NCBI GenBank assembly: GCA_021791545.1
Contig: JAJYWL010000016.1
Coordinates: 219,704 to 283,703 of the forward strand
DNA: 64,000 bases
Direction of reading: 5' to 3'
From: a bacterium
Lineage (GTDB): Bacteria; Patescibacteriota; Microgenomatia; Levybacterales; UBA12049
Part shown: positions 38,785 to 47,483 of the stretch, piece after piece
Position numbering within the stretch: the stretch's first letter is position 1
Layout of the letters: each line of letters begins with the position of its first letter
Made by a program: the position numbers and the translations under genes
The notes under the pieces: model-generated
The model's database searches: none
Told to the model about the DNA's origin: nothing
Seen by the model: only the letters and a program-made list of their open reading frames with translations

Positions 38785-40201
38785 CGGAACAGTCTTTCAA
38801 AGCCACGAACTAGGTCATGAACCGGAAGTTTTTGTACAAACGCAACAAACGCCTCAAATGCAAGCTTCTCCCCCTGTTTCAATACCTCAAACTACCGTAA
38901 AAAATAGGCCATCTTTTCCAAAGGGAAACATCATTAAGATTATTCTTGGACTTTTGGTAATAGTTTTGGTTGCAGTAGTTATTGCTGTGGTAATACCGAA
39001 AATTCTCTCCGGTGGAAATAAGAAAGTAAACGTAGTTTATTGGGGATTATGGGAAGATAACTCAATAATGCAGGGAGTAATTAATGATTTCCAAAGAGAT
39101 AATCCTAATATTACTATTGAATACAGTAAGCAGGATAAAAAACAATATAGAGACAGAGTTCTTACAAGAATAAATAACGGAAACGGACCAGATATTTTCA
39201 CTTTTCATAATACTTGGCTTCCCATGGTTTCCGATTTTCTTCTTCCTCTTCCGAGTGATACTGTCTCAAGAAACGATTTCTCTTCCTATTATCCCGTTGT
39301 ACAAAAGGATCTTGTAAAAAACGGAGCAATCTATGGACTACCACAGAATATGGATACCTTGGGAATGTATGTTAATAAGAGTTTATTCAAGGCTGCAGGA
39401 ATTAATCCTCCTACAAATTGGAACGATTTTGTAAACGACGCAAGAATATTAACAGTAAAAGAAGCCGACGGAAAAATAAAAACTGCGGGCGCTGCCATGG
39501 GAACTTTTGATAACGTTAACAATGCTCCCGACATTCTTTCTATGCTTTTTCTTCAAAACGGGGTAAATCTTTATGACATTTCCTCTACGAGTCAAAATGC
39601 ATCCGATACATTAAATTTCTATACTTCCTTTGCTTCTCCCCAGGACGGAGTTTGGGATTCTTCCCAGGATCCTTCACTTCTTGCTTTTTCAAAGGGTAAT
39701 CTTGCAATGTATTTCGGATATTCCTGGGATTACTTTACTATAAAACAGTTTAATCCAAGTCTTGATTTTGAAATTGTTCCTGTTCCTCAACTTCCAGGCG
39801 TAACAAAAGATGTAGCCAGTTATTGGGCGAATGGAGTTTCGATAAAAAGTAAAAATCAAAAAGAGGCACTTTTGTTTATGAAATATCTTGCAAGAAAAGA
39901 CGTAGTCCAGAAACTTTATAGTGAAGAGGCGAAAACTCGTCCCTTTGGAGAGCTTTATGCGAGGGAAGATTTAGGAGATACTCTGGCAACTGATCCAATC
40001 GTTTCCACTTTTGAGCAGCAGGCAAAGTTCGCATCATCATCTTTTTTTGTTGACAATACATATGATGGAGGGATGAACCAGCAGATGAACTCATATTTAG
40101 GAACAGCAGTTAATTCGGTTCTTGCCGATACCTCTCCGGACACGGCAACAGATACTTTATCAAAAGGAGTTGCCCAGGTCCTTAGTCAGTATGGAAAGTA
40201 G
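38777..40201 (+). CDS. extracellular solute-binding protein (ABC sugar SBP family 1), membrane-anchored
   Basis: N-terminal TM helix and SBP_bac_1-like sequence. No cognate permease genes are adjacent. Confidence 0.6.
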   Translation: MDNGTVFQSHELGHEPEVFVQTQQTPQMQASPPVSIPQTTVKNRPSFPKGNIIKIILGLLVIVLVAVVIAVVIPKILSGGNKKVNVVYWGLWEDNSIMQGVINDFQRDNPNITIEYSKQDKKQYRDRVLTRINNGNGPDIFTFHNTWLPMVSDFLLPLPSDTVSRNDFSSYYPVVQKDLVKNGAIYGLPQNMDTLGMYVNKSLFKAAGINPPTNWNDFVNDARILTVKEADGKIKTAGAAMGTFDNVNNAPDILSMLFLQNGVNLYDISSTSQNASDTLNFYTSFASPQDGVWDSSQDPSLLAFSKGNLAMYFGYSWDYFTIKQFNPSLDFEIVPVPQLPGVTKDVASYWANGVSIKSKNQKEALLFMKYLARKDVVQKLYSEEAKTRPFGELYAREDLGDTLATDPIVSTFEQQAKFASSSFFVDNTYDGGMNQQMNSYLGTAVNSVLADTSPDTATDTLSKGVAQVLSQYGK

Positions 40202-41096
40202 AGAAGTACTAAAAACACTGCTCTACAGCGATATCTTCGATTTCCCTCTAAAAGAAGAAGAGATTTACTATTATCTTATTTCCTCAAAAAAAGTTTCAAA
40301 GAAGAAAGTTTTATTGGAAATAGAGGATGAGAGAAAGAAAAAAACAATAGACGAGTTTATGGGGATGTATTTTATAAGAGGAAAACGAAAGAGTGCAGAG
40401 CAAAGATTAAGAAACGAAAGAATAGTCGAAAAAAAGATTGATTTGGCAAGAAAGATTGCAGGGAGAATAGGAATTATTCCTACAATAAGCTTTATAGGGA
40501 TAAGCGGAGGGCTTTCAATGAGAAACGCAAGACCTGCCGATGACATAGATTTTTTCGTAATAACCAAGAGCAAAACACTATGGGTTACGAGAATTTTAAT
40601 GGTATTAGGCCTTTTGATTATGGGAGTCTATAGAAAAAGAAACGATAGGAATGTTAGAAATAAGATATGTCTGAACATGCTTATAGATGAAAGATCTATG
40701 GGTTTTAAAGATACTTCCAGAAATATTTATATAGCCCACGAAATATCACAAATTATTCCCTTGTTCGAAAGGAATAAAACTTATAGAAAATTCTTGTATA
40801 AAAACCTTTGGATAGGTAAATTCCTGGCCAATTTCAAGGAAAAAGAAGTACAAATTTCTAAAGACAGAGGAAACAAAATGCTAGTTTCTTTAATAAAAAA
40901 CCTGGAGGGATTAAGTCAATTTTTACAGATAATATACATGAGAAATCATGTTACTAACGAAACGTTAGACAAGGGTTATGCTGCATTTCATCCATTCGAT
41001 TACGGGGCCTACATATTGAGTGAGTACAGAAAGAGAGCTACTAGATATGGAGTTTTGGATAAAAAAAGCCCCAACTACTATACTAGAGGTTATTGA
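40194..41096 (+). CDS. nucleotidyltransferase (Pol-beta superfamily)-domain protein
   Basis: GISGGLSMRNARPADDIDFFVI motif (GS..DxD). Confidence 0.5.
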   Translation, partial: ESREVLKTLLYSDIFDFPLKEEEIYYYLISSKKVSKKKVLLEIEDERKKKTIDEFMGMYFIRGKRKSAEQRLRNERIVEKKIDLARKIAGRIGIIPTISFIGISGGLSMRNARPADDIDFFVITKSKTLWVTRILMVLGLLIMGVYRKRNDRNVRNKICLNMLIDERSMGFKDTSRNIYIAHEISQIIPLFERNKTYRKFLYKNLWIGKFLANFKEKEVQISKDRGNKMLVSLIKNLEGLSQFLQIIYMRNHVTNETLDKGYAAFHPFDYGAYILSEYRKRATRYGVLDKKSPNYYTRGY

Positions 41097-41170
41097 CATA
41101 ATTTAGTCTTTAATATATCATTTCTTGTAATAAAAGTTCCCTCCCGAGAGGGATTTTGTTTTATAAAGGT

Positions 41171-41638
41171 ATGGATTCTAAAAAAATATATTTAACAAAA
41201 GACGGTCTAGAAGAATTAAAGGAAGAATACAAACAGTTATCAACTGTTAAAAGGCCCGATGTTCTTGCAAGAGTTTCTCAGGCAAGAAGCATGGGAGATC
41301 TTTCCGAAAATGCAGAATATGTTGCGGCAAGAGAAGAGCTTTCTTTCATAGACGGTAGAATAGATGAATTGGAAGAGCTTCTCAAACAGGCAGTTTTAAT
41401 CGCCGGAACAAACGGGCATCACAAGATTGTAGAACTTGGTTCAAAAGTTATCCTTGAGGTAAAAGGTAAAAAAGAAACGTTCATGGTCGTCGGAGAATGG
41501 GAAGCAGATCCTAAAGAAAAGAAAATCTCACACGAATCTCCTCTGGGAAAAGCCTTAATAGGTAAAAAAGTCGGAGATAAGGCAGAAGTTGAAGCTCCAG
41601 CAGGAACAGTGGTTTACACAATCTCTTCTGTCAGTTAA
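41171..41638 (+). CDS. greA: transcription elongation factor GreA
   Basis: GDLSENAEY motif and a C-terminal FKBP-like domain. Confidence 0.85.
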   Translation: MDSKKIYLTKDGLEELKEEYKQLSTVKRPDVLARVSQARSMGDLSENAEYVAAREELSFIDGRIDELEELLKQAVLIAGTNGHHKIVELGSKVILEVKGKKETFMVVGEWEADPKEKKISHESPLGKALIGKKVGDKAEVEAPAGTVVYTISSVS

Positions 41639-41656
41639 AATAGAATAGCTGACTTC

Positions 41657-42853
41657 ATGAATTTAACAGCCTTTTATAAACAATTAGGAGAAGAAGTAGA
41701 AAAAGGAACACAACCCCGCGTTATTGAATCAGGCCAAGGACCATATCTTACTATAAAAGGTGTTAGGAAACTAAATCTTTGCTCCAGCCACTATTTGGGA
41801 TTCACGGAAGACCAGAGAATCAGACAGGCAACAATAGACGCAGTCAAAGACTTGGGAATAGGAACAGGTTACAGAACTCTTGCAGGAACTCACTCTCTTC
41901 ATTTAGAACTTGAAGAAGCTATAGCAAAATTTAAGGGAACGGAAGGAGCTTTAGTCTTCTCAAGTGCATATCTTGCTAATTGTTCCGCAATTCAGACAAT
42001 TATAGGGAAAGAAGATATCGTAATCTCCGATGAGTTAAATCATGCATCTATCATTGACGCTGTAAGCCTTTCAAAAGTACAGAATAAATATATATATAAA
42101 CATGGAGATGTTTCCGACCTGGAAGCAAAACTAAATGAGGCAAAGACTTTAATGGAAACCCCGAAATCTAAAGGAGAACTTCCTGTTACCTTGATAGTCA
42201 CAGACGGAGTCTTTTCTATGGACGGAGATTTGGCTCCGTTGCCACAAATCGTAGAACTTGCCAAAAAATATGGAGTTTTAACAATGGTTGACGATGCTCA
42301 CGGAGAAGGGGTATTGGGAAAAGGAGGAAGAGGAATCGTTGATCACTTCGGATTAGTAGGACAAATAGATATTGAAATAGGAAGTCTTTCAAAAGCTTTC
42401 TCTTCAACTGGAGGATTTATAGCCGGAAATAAGACAATGATAGGTTATCAAAAACTTAAATCAAGACAAAGACTTTTTTCTATTGCTCTTTCCATTCCTG
42501 ATGCTGCCGCTTCTTTAGAGGCAATAAAGATTCTTTTGGAATCAGATGCACCTGTTAAAAAACTTTGGGAAAATGTCGAGTATCTAAAGTCCGAGTTTCA
42601 AAAAATAGGTCTTGATACGGGACATAGTGAATCGGCAATCATACCTGTTATGCTTGGAGATGAAGAAGTTGCCAAGCAATTTAGCGCAAAACTTTTTGAA
42701 GAAAACGTTTTTGCAACACCAATACTTTTCCCAATGGTTGCAAAAGGAAAAGCAAGAATAAGAGTAATTCCTTCGGCATCACATTCAAAAGAAGATTTGG
42801 ATTTAGCTGTAAAAGCTTTTGAAAAAGTAGCAAAAGAACTTCAAGTAATATGA
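41657..42853 (+). CDS. kbl: glycine C-acetyltransferase / 2-amino-3-ketobutyrate CoA ligase (AONS family, PLP)
   Basis: Class-II aminotransferase fold with PLP-binding Lys region GSLSKAF. Paired with tdh. Confidence 0.75.
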   Translation: MNLTAFYKQLGEEVEKGTQPRVIESGQGPYLTIKGVRKLNLCSSHYLGFTEDQRIRQATIDAVKDLGIGTGYRTLAGTHSLHLELEEAIAKFKGTEGALVFSSAYLANCSAIQTIIGKEDIVISDELNHASIIDAVSLSKVQNKYIYKHGDVSDLEAKLNEAKTLMETPKSKGELPVTLIVTDGVFSMDGDLAPLPQIVELAKKYGVLTMVDDAHGEGVLGKGGRGIVDHFGLVGQIDIEIGSLSKAFSSTGGFIAGNKTMIGYQKLKSRQRLFSIALSIPDAAASLEAIKILLESDAPVKKLWENVEYLKSEFQKIGLDTGHSESAIIPVMLGDEEVAKQFSAKLFEENVFATPILFPMVAKGKARIRVIPSASHSKEDLDLAVKAFEKVAKELQVI

Positions 42854-43791
42854 AAAAAATCTTAGTAACAGGAGCATTTGGGTTAGTGGGTACAGAGCTC
42901 GTTTTGGAGCTTCAAAAAAGATATGGAAAAGAAAACGTCGTAGCAGCGGCTCATTCGAAAAATCCCGGAGAATTTGACGGAATTTTGGAACAGGCAGATG
43001 TAACTAATCCGGAAGAAGTCAAAGCATTGGTTAAAAAACATGGAATTGATACAATTTTCCACTTGGCAGGAATATTATCGGTAGGAAGCGAAAAAAATCC
43101 CGCTGCTGCCTGGGAAGTAAATTTCAACGGATTAAAAAATATCTTAAATGTTGCAAAAGACGAGAAATTAAAAGTATTTTGGCCTAGCTCTATTGCAGTA
43201 TTTGGTCCTACCACTCCAAAAGAGAATACCCCTCTGCATACAAGTCTTGAACCAACAACAATTTATGGTGTAGCAAAGGTAGCTGGAGAGCTTTTATGCC
43301 AATACTATTTCAATAGATATGGAGTAGATGTCAGAAGTATCCGTTATCCCGGACTGAATGGTTGGAGAGCAGATCCCGGTGATGGAACAACGGAATATGC
43401 AATCCATATTTTTTATGCCGCGATCAAAGAAGGAAAATATGTATGTCCGTTAAAACCCGGAACATATCTTCCCATGATGTATATGGATGACGCCATTAAT
43501 GGAACAATTCAGCTTATGGAAGCAGATCCTTCCAAGATAACAATAAGAACTTCATATAATTTATCGGGTATTTCATTTGCTCCTGATGAATTGGTATCAG
43601 AAATTCAGAAATTGGTACCTAATTTCCAAGTTTTTTATGAACCAAATCATACACAGGCAATCGCCGATTCTTGGCCAAAATCAATCGATGATTCTGATGC
43701 CAGAAAAGACTGGGGATGGGAACCCAAATTTGGACTGGAAGAAATGACAAAAGAGATGTTTGACAATTTAAAAAAGAAGCTTAAAATGTAA
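42850..43791 (+). CDS. tdh: L-threonine 3-dehydrogenase (NAD-dependent epimerase/dehydratase family)
   Basis: GAFGLVG Rossmann motif and YxxxK; 4-nt overlap with kbl. Confidence 0.7.
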   Translation: MKKILVTGAFGLVGTELVLELQKRYGKENVVAAAHSKNPGEFDGILEQADVTNPEEVKALVKKHGIDTIFHLAGILSVGSEKNPAAAWEVNFNGLKNILNVAKDEKLKVFWPSSIAVFGPTTPKENTPLHTSLEPTTIYGVAKVAGELLCQYYFNRYGVDVRSIRYPGLNGWRADPGDGTTEYAIHIFYAAIKEGKYVCPLKPGTYLPMMYMDDAINGTIQLMEADPSKITIRTSYNLSGISFAPDELVSEIQKLVPNFQVFYEPNHTQAIADSWPKSIDDSDARKDWGWEPKFGLEEMTKEMFDNLKKKLKM

Positions 43792-43883
43792 ATATGTTTA
43801 ATTTACTAATAGGAAAAAAATCAGTTAATTCAAAGTTAGCAAAGAAGACCTCCGACTAGGGGTTGTTTTTGCGTATCTTTAAC

Positions 43884-43907
43884 AACCCCGTTAAGCGGGG
43901 TTTTTTT
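43884..43907 (+). terminator. rho-independent terminator (CCCCG-uuaag-CGGGG + U7) after tdh
   Basis: GC hairpin plus T-tract. An alternative 9-bp upstream hairpin (43859-43889) shares the CCCC arm. Confidence 0.6.
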
Positions 43908-43942
43908 GTGGTAGATTGCATCGCGGTTGGGAGGTGATAAAT

Positions 43943-44158
43943 ATGGAGACAACTAGAAACATTGATTTTGAGGCATTATTAAGAGAAGAAAGTTTAAGAA
44001 GAGGTGATGGTTTTGGAGGCCGTTTTGAATCTTACGCTGATTCAGGAATGGTTTTGAGACATACTTCTGTAGAAATTGTTAATTTTAAAATGCCGAGTTC
44101 TGACGGTCCATTAAAATTTGCAGTAGGGGAAGGTGACGGAACAGGGGGAAGGGTTTAG
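43943..44158 (+). CDS. small Gly/Asp-rich hypothetical protein (72 aa)
   Basis: Strong SD GGGAGGTGA 6 nt upstream of the ATG. Confidence 0.45.
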   Translation: METTRNIDFEALLREESLRRGDGFGGRFESYADSGMVLRHTSVEIVNFKMPSSDGPLKFAVGEGDGTGGRV

Positions 44159-44160
44159 GC

Positions 44161-44189
44161 TTTAAAATATCGAGTTTATCCTGTAGAAT
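44161..44189 (+). promoter_or_regulatory. promoter TTTAAA-N17-TAGAAT with -10 ending 6 nt before the lysK ATG (leaderless)
   Basis: Hexamers read directly; no SD. Confidence 0.4.
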
Positions 44190-44195
44190 AGCATT

Positions 44196-45728
44196 ATGTT
44201 TTGGGCTGATAACGTTGCTAAAAATATTATTGACTCGGGAAAATTTAAACCGTATTGGGTGGACGATATGTTTACTCCTTCCGGTTTTGCTCATGTTGGT
44301 TCATTGAGGGGTCCACTTGTTCATGACATTGTTTTTAAAGCACTTAGAGACGCCGGGCAGAAAACAAAATGGACTTACGTTATAAACGATTTTGACACTA
44401 TTGATGGCTTACCCAAGGAGCTTATACAAGATTTTGAAAAATACCTGGGAGTTCCTCTAAGACTTGCGCCTTCTCCCGAAAAAGGATATGAAAGTTTTGC
44501 AGAGTTCTTTGCTGAAGATTTCAAGAATGTTTTAAGGGGTCTTGGGGTAGAAGCGGAATTTCTTTCTTCATGGGATATGTATCATGAAGGGAAATTTAAT
44601 GAAGTTATAAGGATAGCTTTGGATAATGCAGAAAAAATTCAAGACATTTATCAAAAGGTCTCCGGTAGTAGAAAAAAAGATTTAGGCTGGCTTCCTTTAC
44701 AGGTCATTTGCGAAAAATGCGGAAAGCTGGGGACAACAAGAGTTTATGAATGGGATGGGGAAACGGTAGCATATAAATGCGAACCCGAAATGGTAAAGTG
44801 GGCAAAGGGATGTGGACATGAGGGGAGAGTCAGTCCTTTTGACGGAAACGGAAAACTTCCCTGGAAAGTAGACTGGCCTGCTCATTGGAAGGTTATGGGC
44901 GTTACTATTGAGGGAGCCGGAAAAGACCATTCTTCTGCAGGAGGATCAAGAGATATTGCAAGAGAACTTTGCAAAGATGTTTTCAACTACCCCGATCCCT
45001 TCAATATTCCCTATGAGTTCTTCTTAATAGGGGGTAAGAAAATGGCATCTTCTAAAGGATTAGGTCTTAAGGCAAGAGAATTAGCAGAAGTTTTGCCTCA
45101 AAACGTAGCAAGATTTCTTTTTACAAGAACAGATTATAAAAAAGCCATAGAATTCGACCCTGTTGGAACATTGGCTATCCCTAATCTTTTTGATGAATAT
45201 CAAAGATGTGCAGATGCATATTTTGCAATAAAGGAAGGAAAAGAAGGCGATGAGGATTTGGCAAGGGCTTTTGAGTTTTCCCAAATAGGAAATGTAGAAA
45301 AACCTCCAAAAATAAGGTTTTCTGTTTTGACTCAGTGGGTACAAATGCCCAACATGGAAGAAGAAATAAAAAAAGAAGGTCTTGAAGAATGGGCAAGATA
45401 TGCAAGGACTTGGCTTGAGGAGTTTGCTCCCGAGAAGGATAAGTTTGAGATCTTAAAAACAGTCCCCGAGAATGCTAAAAACCTTTCGGATAAACAAAAA
45501 GAATTTCTTGTCTCCCTTTCTAAGGAAGTCGCCAAAGATTGGGATGCGGAAGACTTTCAGACAAGAATTTATGATCTGGGTAAAGAAACGGGATTAAACG
45601 GAAAAGATACCTTTGCTGCTATCTATATTTCTTTGACCGGTAAAGATCACGGACCAAAAGCGGCTTGGTTAATATTATCGCTTGATAAAAAATTCGTAGA
45701 AGAAAGATTTAGCGCCTTCGAGGTCTAG
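44196..45728 (+). CDS. lysK: lysine--tRNA ligase, class I
   Basis: HVGS (HIGH-type) and KMASSKG (KMSKS) motifs; 510 aa. Confidence 0.85.
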   Translation: MFWADNVAKNIIDSGKFKPYWVDDMFTPSGFAHVGSLRGPLVHDIVFKALRDAGQKTKWTYVINDFDTIDGLPKELIQDFEKYLGVPLRLAPSPEKGYESFAEFFAEDFKNVLRGLGVEAEFLSSWDMYHEGKFNEVIRIALDNAEKIQDIYQKVSGSRKKDLGWLPLQVICEKCGKLGTTRVYEWDGETVAYKCEPEMVKWAKGCGHEGRVSPFDGNGKLPWKVDWPAHWKVMGVTIEGAGKDHSSAGGSRDIARELCKDVFNYPDPFNIPYEFFLIGGKKMASSKGLGLKARELAEVLPQNVARFLFTRTDYKKAIEFDPVGTLAIPNLFDEYQRCADAYFAIKEGKEGDEDLARAFEFSQIGNVEKPPKIRFSVLTQWVQMPNMEEEIKKEGLEEWARYARTWLEEFAPEKDKFEILKTVPENAKNLSDKQKEFLVSLSKEVAKDWDAEDFQTRIYDLGKETGLNGKDTFAAIYISLTGKDHGPKAAWLILSLDKKFVEERFSAFEV

Positions 45729-45920
45729 TAGTACTCAATCCTGTTAATCTAAAACCTATTTCTCTTGTTCTTCTTCTTATTAGTCTATTTCTTTGTAGGG
45801 CCTGAGCCTCCATTTCTCCTCTTAGGGGTTCAACTTTTGGTTCTTCTTGTCCTTCGCTTTGCGGAACACTTCTTTCTGTTTCAAAATTCATCTGGATATA
45901 TTAATAAATTTTACTCTCAA

Positions 45921-45949
45921 TTGCAAGACCTAGTTGAAAAAGATATAAT
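45921..45949 (+). promoter_or_regulatory. promoter TTGCAA-N17-TATAAT with -10 ending 7 nt before the serS ATG (leaderless)
   Basis: Hexamers read directly; no SD. Confidence 0.45.
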
Positions 45950-45956
45950 CAAGAAA

Positions 45957-47189
45957 ATGCTGGACATAAAATTTATAAGGGAAAACCCCGAAGCAGTAAA
46001 AAAAGGAGCAAAGGCAAAAAACGTTGATATAGACGTTGAAGGTCTTTTAAAAAAAGACGAGGAATATAGAAAACTAGATTTGGAAGCACAAAGCCTGAGG
46101 GAAGAAAGAAATAAGGCCGCAAAAGAAAGAAACATCGAAAAAGGTAAGGAAATAAAGGAAAAGCTTGATTCCTTAGAGAAAAACCTTTCTGAAAAACAGG
46201 AAGAGGTAAAAAAACTTTTACTCCAAATTCCAAACCCACCGAAAGAAGACGTCAAGGTAGGAAAAAATGATACGGAAAATGACATAGTGAAGACTTGGGG
46301 TGAACCTCCTAAGTTTGATTTTCAGCCAAAGGATCATCTTACATTGGGTGAAGCTCTTGGGATCATAGATGTAGAGAGAGCAAGTAAAATTTCGGGAGCA
46401 AGATTTTACTTCCTAAAAAATGAAGGAGCACTTTTGGAGTTTGCGCTAAGGGAATTTGCTTTTGAGTTATTGATAAAAGAAGGTTTCACTCCCGTAATTC
46501 CTCCCGTGATGATAAAAACGGAAGTAATGAAAGGGTTGGGATATATGGAAAACGGTGGAGACGAGGATATGTACATTTTTGAAAAAGACGGTTTGGTATT
46601 GGTAGGAACTTCTGAACAGTCTATTGTTTCCATGCATAAGGATGAGGTTTTGGATGTTAAAGAACTTCCCAAGAGATATGTAGGTTTTTCCACCTGTTTT
46701 AGAAGAGAAGCGGGAAGTTACGGAAAAGATACAAGGGGAATTCTAAGAGCGCATCAGTTTGATAAAGTTGAAATGGTATCTTTTGTAAAACAAGGAGAAG
46801 ACGACAAAGAGCATGAATATCTTTTATCAATAGAAGAAAAATTGCTTCAATCTTTGGGAATTCCGTATCAGGTGGTAAAGATGTGTAGCGGAGATCTTGG
46901 CTTTCCTGCTGCAAGAAAATATGATCTGGAAGCATGGATTCCGTCTGAGGGAAAGTATAGGGAAGTAACATCCACTTCTACGACGACAGATTTCCAGGCA
47001 AGAAGGCTAAACATAAAATATAGAGAAGAAGGAAAGAACGAGTTCGTGAATATATTAAATGGAACTGCTTTTTCTACAAGACCGTTAATAGCAATAATTG
47101 AAAATTTCCAACAAGAAGACGGAAGTATCCAAGTCCCTGAGGTTCTTCAGAAATACGTAGGGAAAAAAGTAATAAAATCCTCAAAATAG
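45957..47189 (+). CDS. serS: serine--tRNA ligase
   Basis: N-terminus MLDIKFIRENPE and class II motifs. The upstream part of the tracked ORF is discarded as a spurious extension. Confidence 0.88.
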   Translation: MLDIKFIRENPEAVKKGAKAKNVDIDVEGLLKKDEEYRKLDLEAQSLREERNKAAKERNIEKGKEIKEKLDSLEKNLSEKQEEVKKLLLQIPNPPKEDVKVGKNDTENDIVKTWGEPPKFDFQPKDHLTLGEALGIIDVERASKISGARFYFLKNEGALLEFALREFAFELLIKEGFTPVIPPVMIKTEVMKGLGYMENGGDEDMYIFEKDGLVLVGTSEQSIVSMHKDEVLDVKELPKRYVGFSTCFRREAGSYGKDTRGILRAHQFDKVEMVSFVKQGEDDKEHEYLLSIEEKLLQSLGIPYQVVKMCSGDLGFPAARKYDLEAWIPSEGKYREVTSTSTTTDFQARRLNIKYREEGKNEFVNILNGTAFSTRPLIAIIENFQQEDGSIQVPEVLQKYVGKKVIKSSK

Positions 47190-47346
47190 GTAAGTAAATT
47201 ATCTTGATTTGGCAATCTATTCCTCGTACTTTGAAGCAGGTATAAAATCTTGACAAACAAAATTAATAAGATAAGAATAAAGTTAATCCTGCCCCACCTC
47301 AAAGTAAGTTTGAAGTGAGACTTAAAAAGAGGAGGTGACTGTCCAA

Positions 47347-47388
47347 ATGCCAGCAAAAAAGAAAGCAGCAAAGAAAAAGAAGAAATAA
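47347..47388 (+). CDS. micro-ORF MPAKKKAAKKKKK (13 aa) with strong SD and its own terminator
   Basis: SD AGGAGGTGA 8 nt upstream; terminator 45 nt downstream. Confidence 0.35.
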   Translation: MPAKKKAAKKKKK

Positions 47389-47432
47389 TTGGTAAGCAAT
47401 TTGGAGCATTACCAATTGATCAATTGGTACAA

Positions 47433-47457
47433 CCCCGCCGGTTTGGCGGGGTTTTTT
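47433..47457 (+). terminator. rho-independent terminator CCCCGCC-gguuu-GGCGGGG + U6
   Basis: Perfect 7-bp GC stem followed by a T-tract. Confidence 0.65.
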
Positions 47458-47483
47458 ACGCACGGATATGATAAAATAAGGCT

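Noticed and set aside
45729-45920. Possible T-box or attenuator leader upstream of serS
   Set aside because: No T-box consensus (AATTAGGGTGGTACCGCG-like) and no specifier or antiterminator helices. The region is CT-rich spacer and the promoter sits at the start codon.
45765-45956. Tracked ORF extends serS about 64 codons upstream (MFFFLLVYFF..)
   Set aside because: The extension is a low-complexity Phe/Leu-rich translation of a pyrimidine-rich spacer. The canonical SerRS N-terminus MLDIKFIREN starts at 45957, right after a consensus promoter.
47330-47400. The GAAAGCAGCAAAG stretch in the micro-ORF region resembles the AAGCAGC segment of SRP RNA domain IV
   Set aside because: Flanking sequence cannot form the required GNRA-capped helix and symmetric loop, so the match is probably a chance 7-mer within a Lys-codon run.
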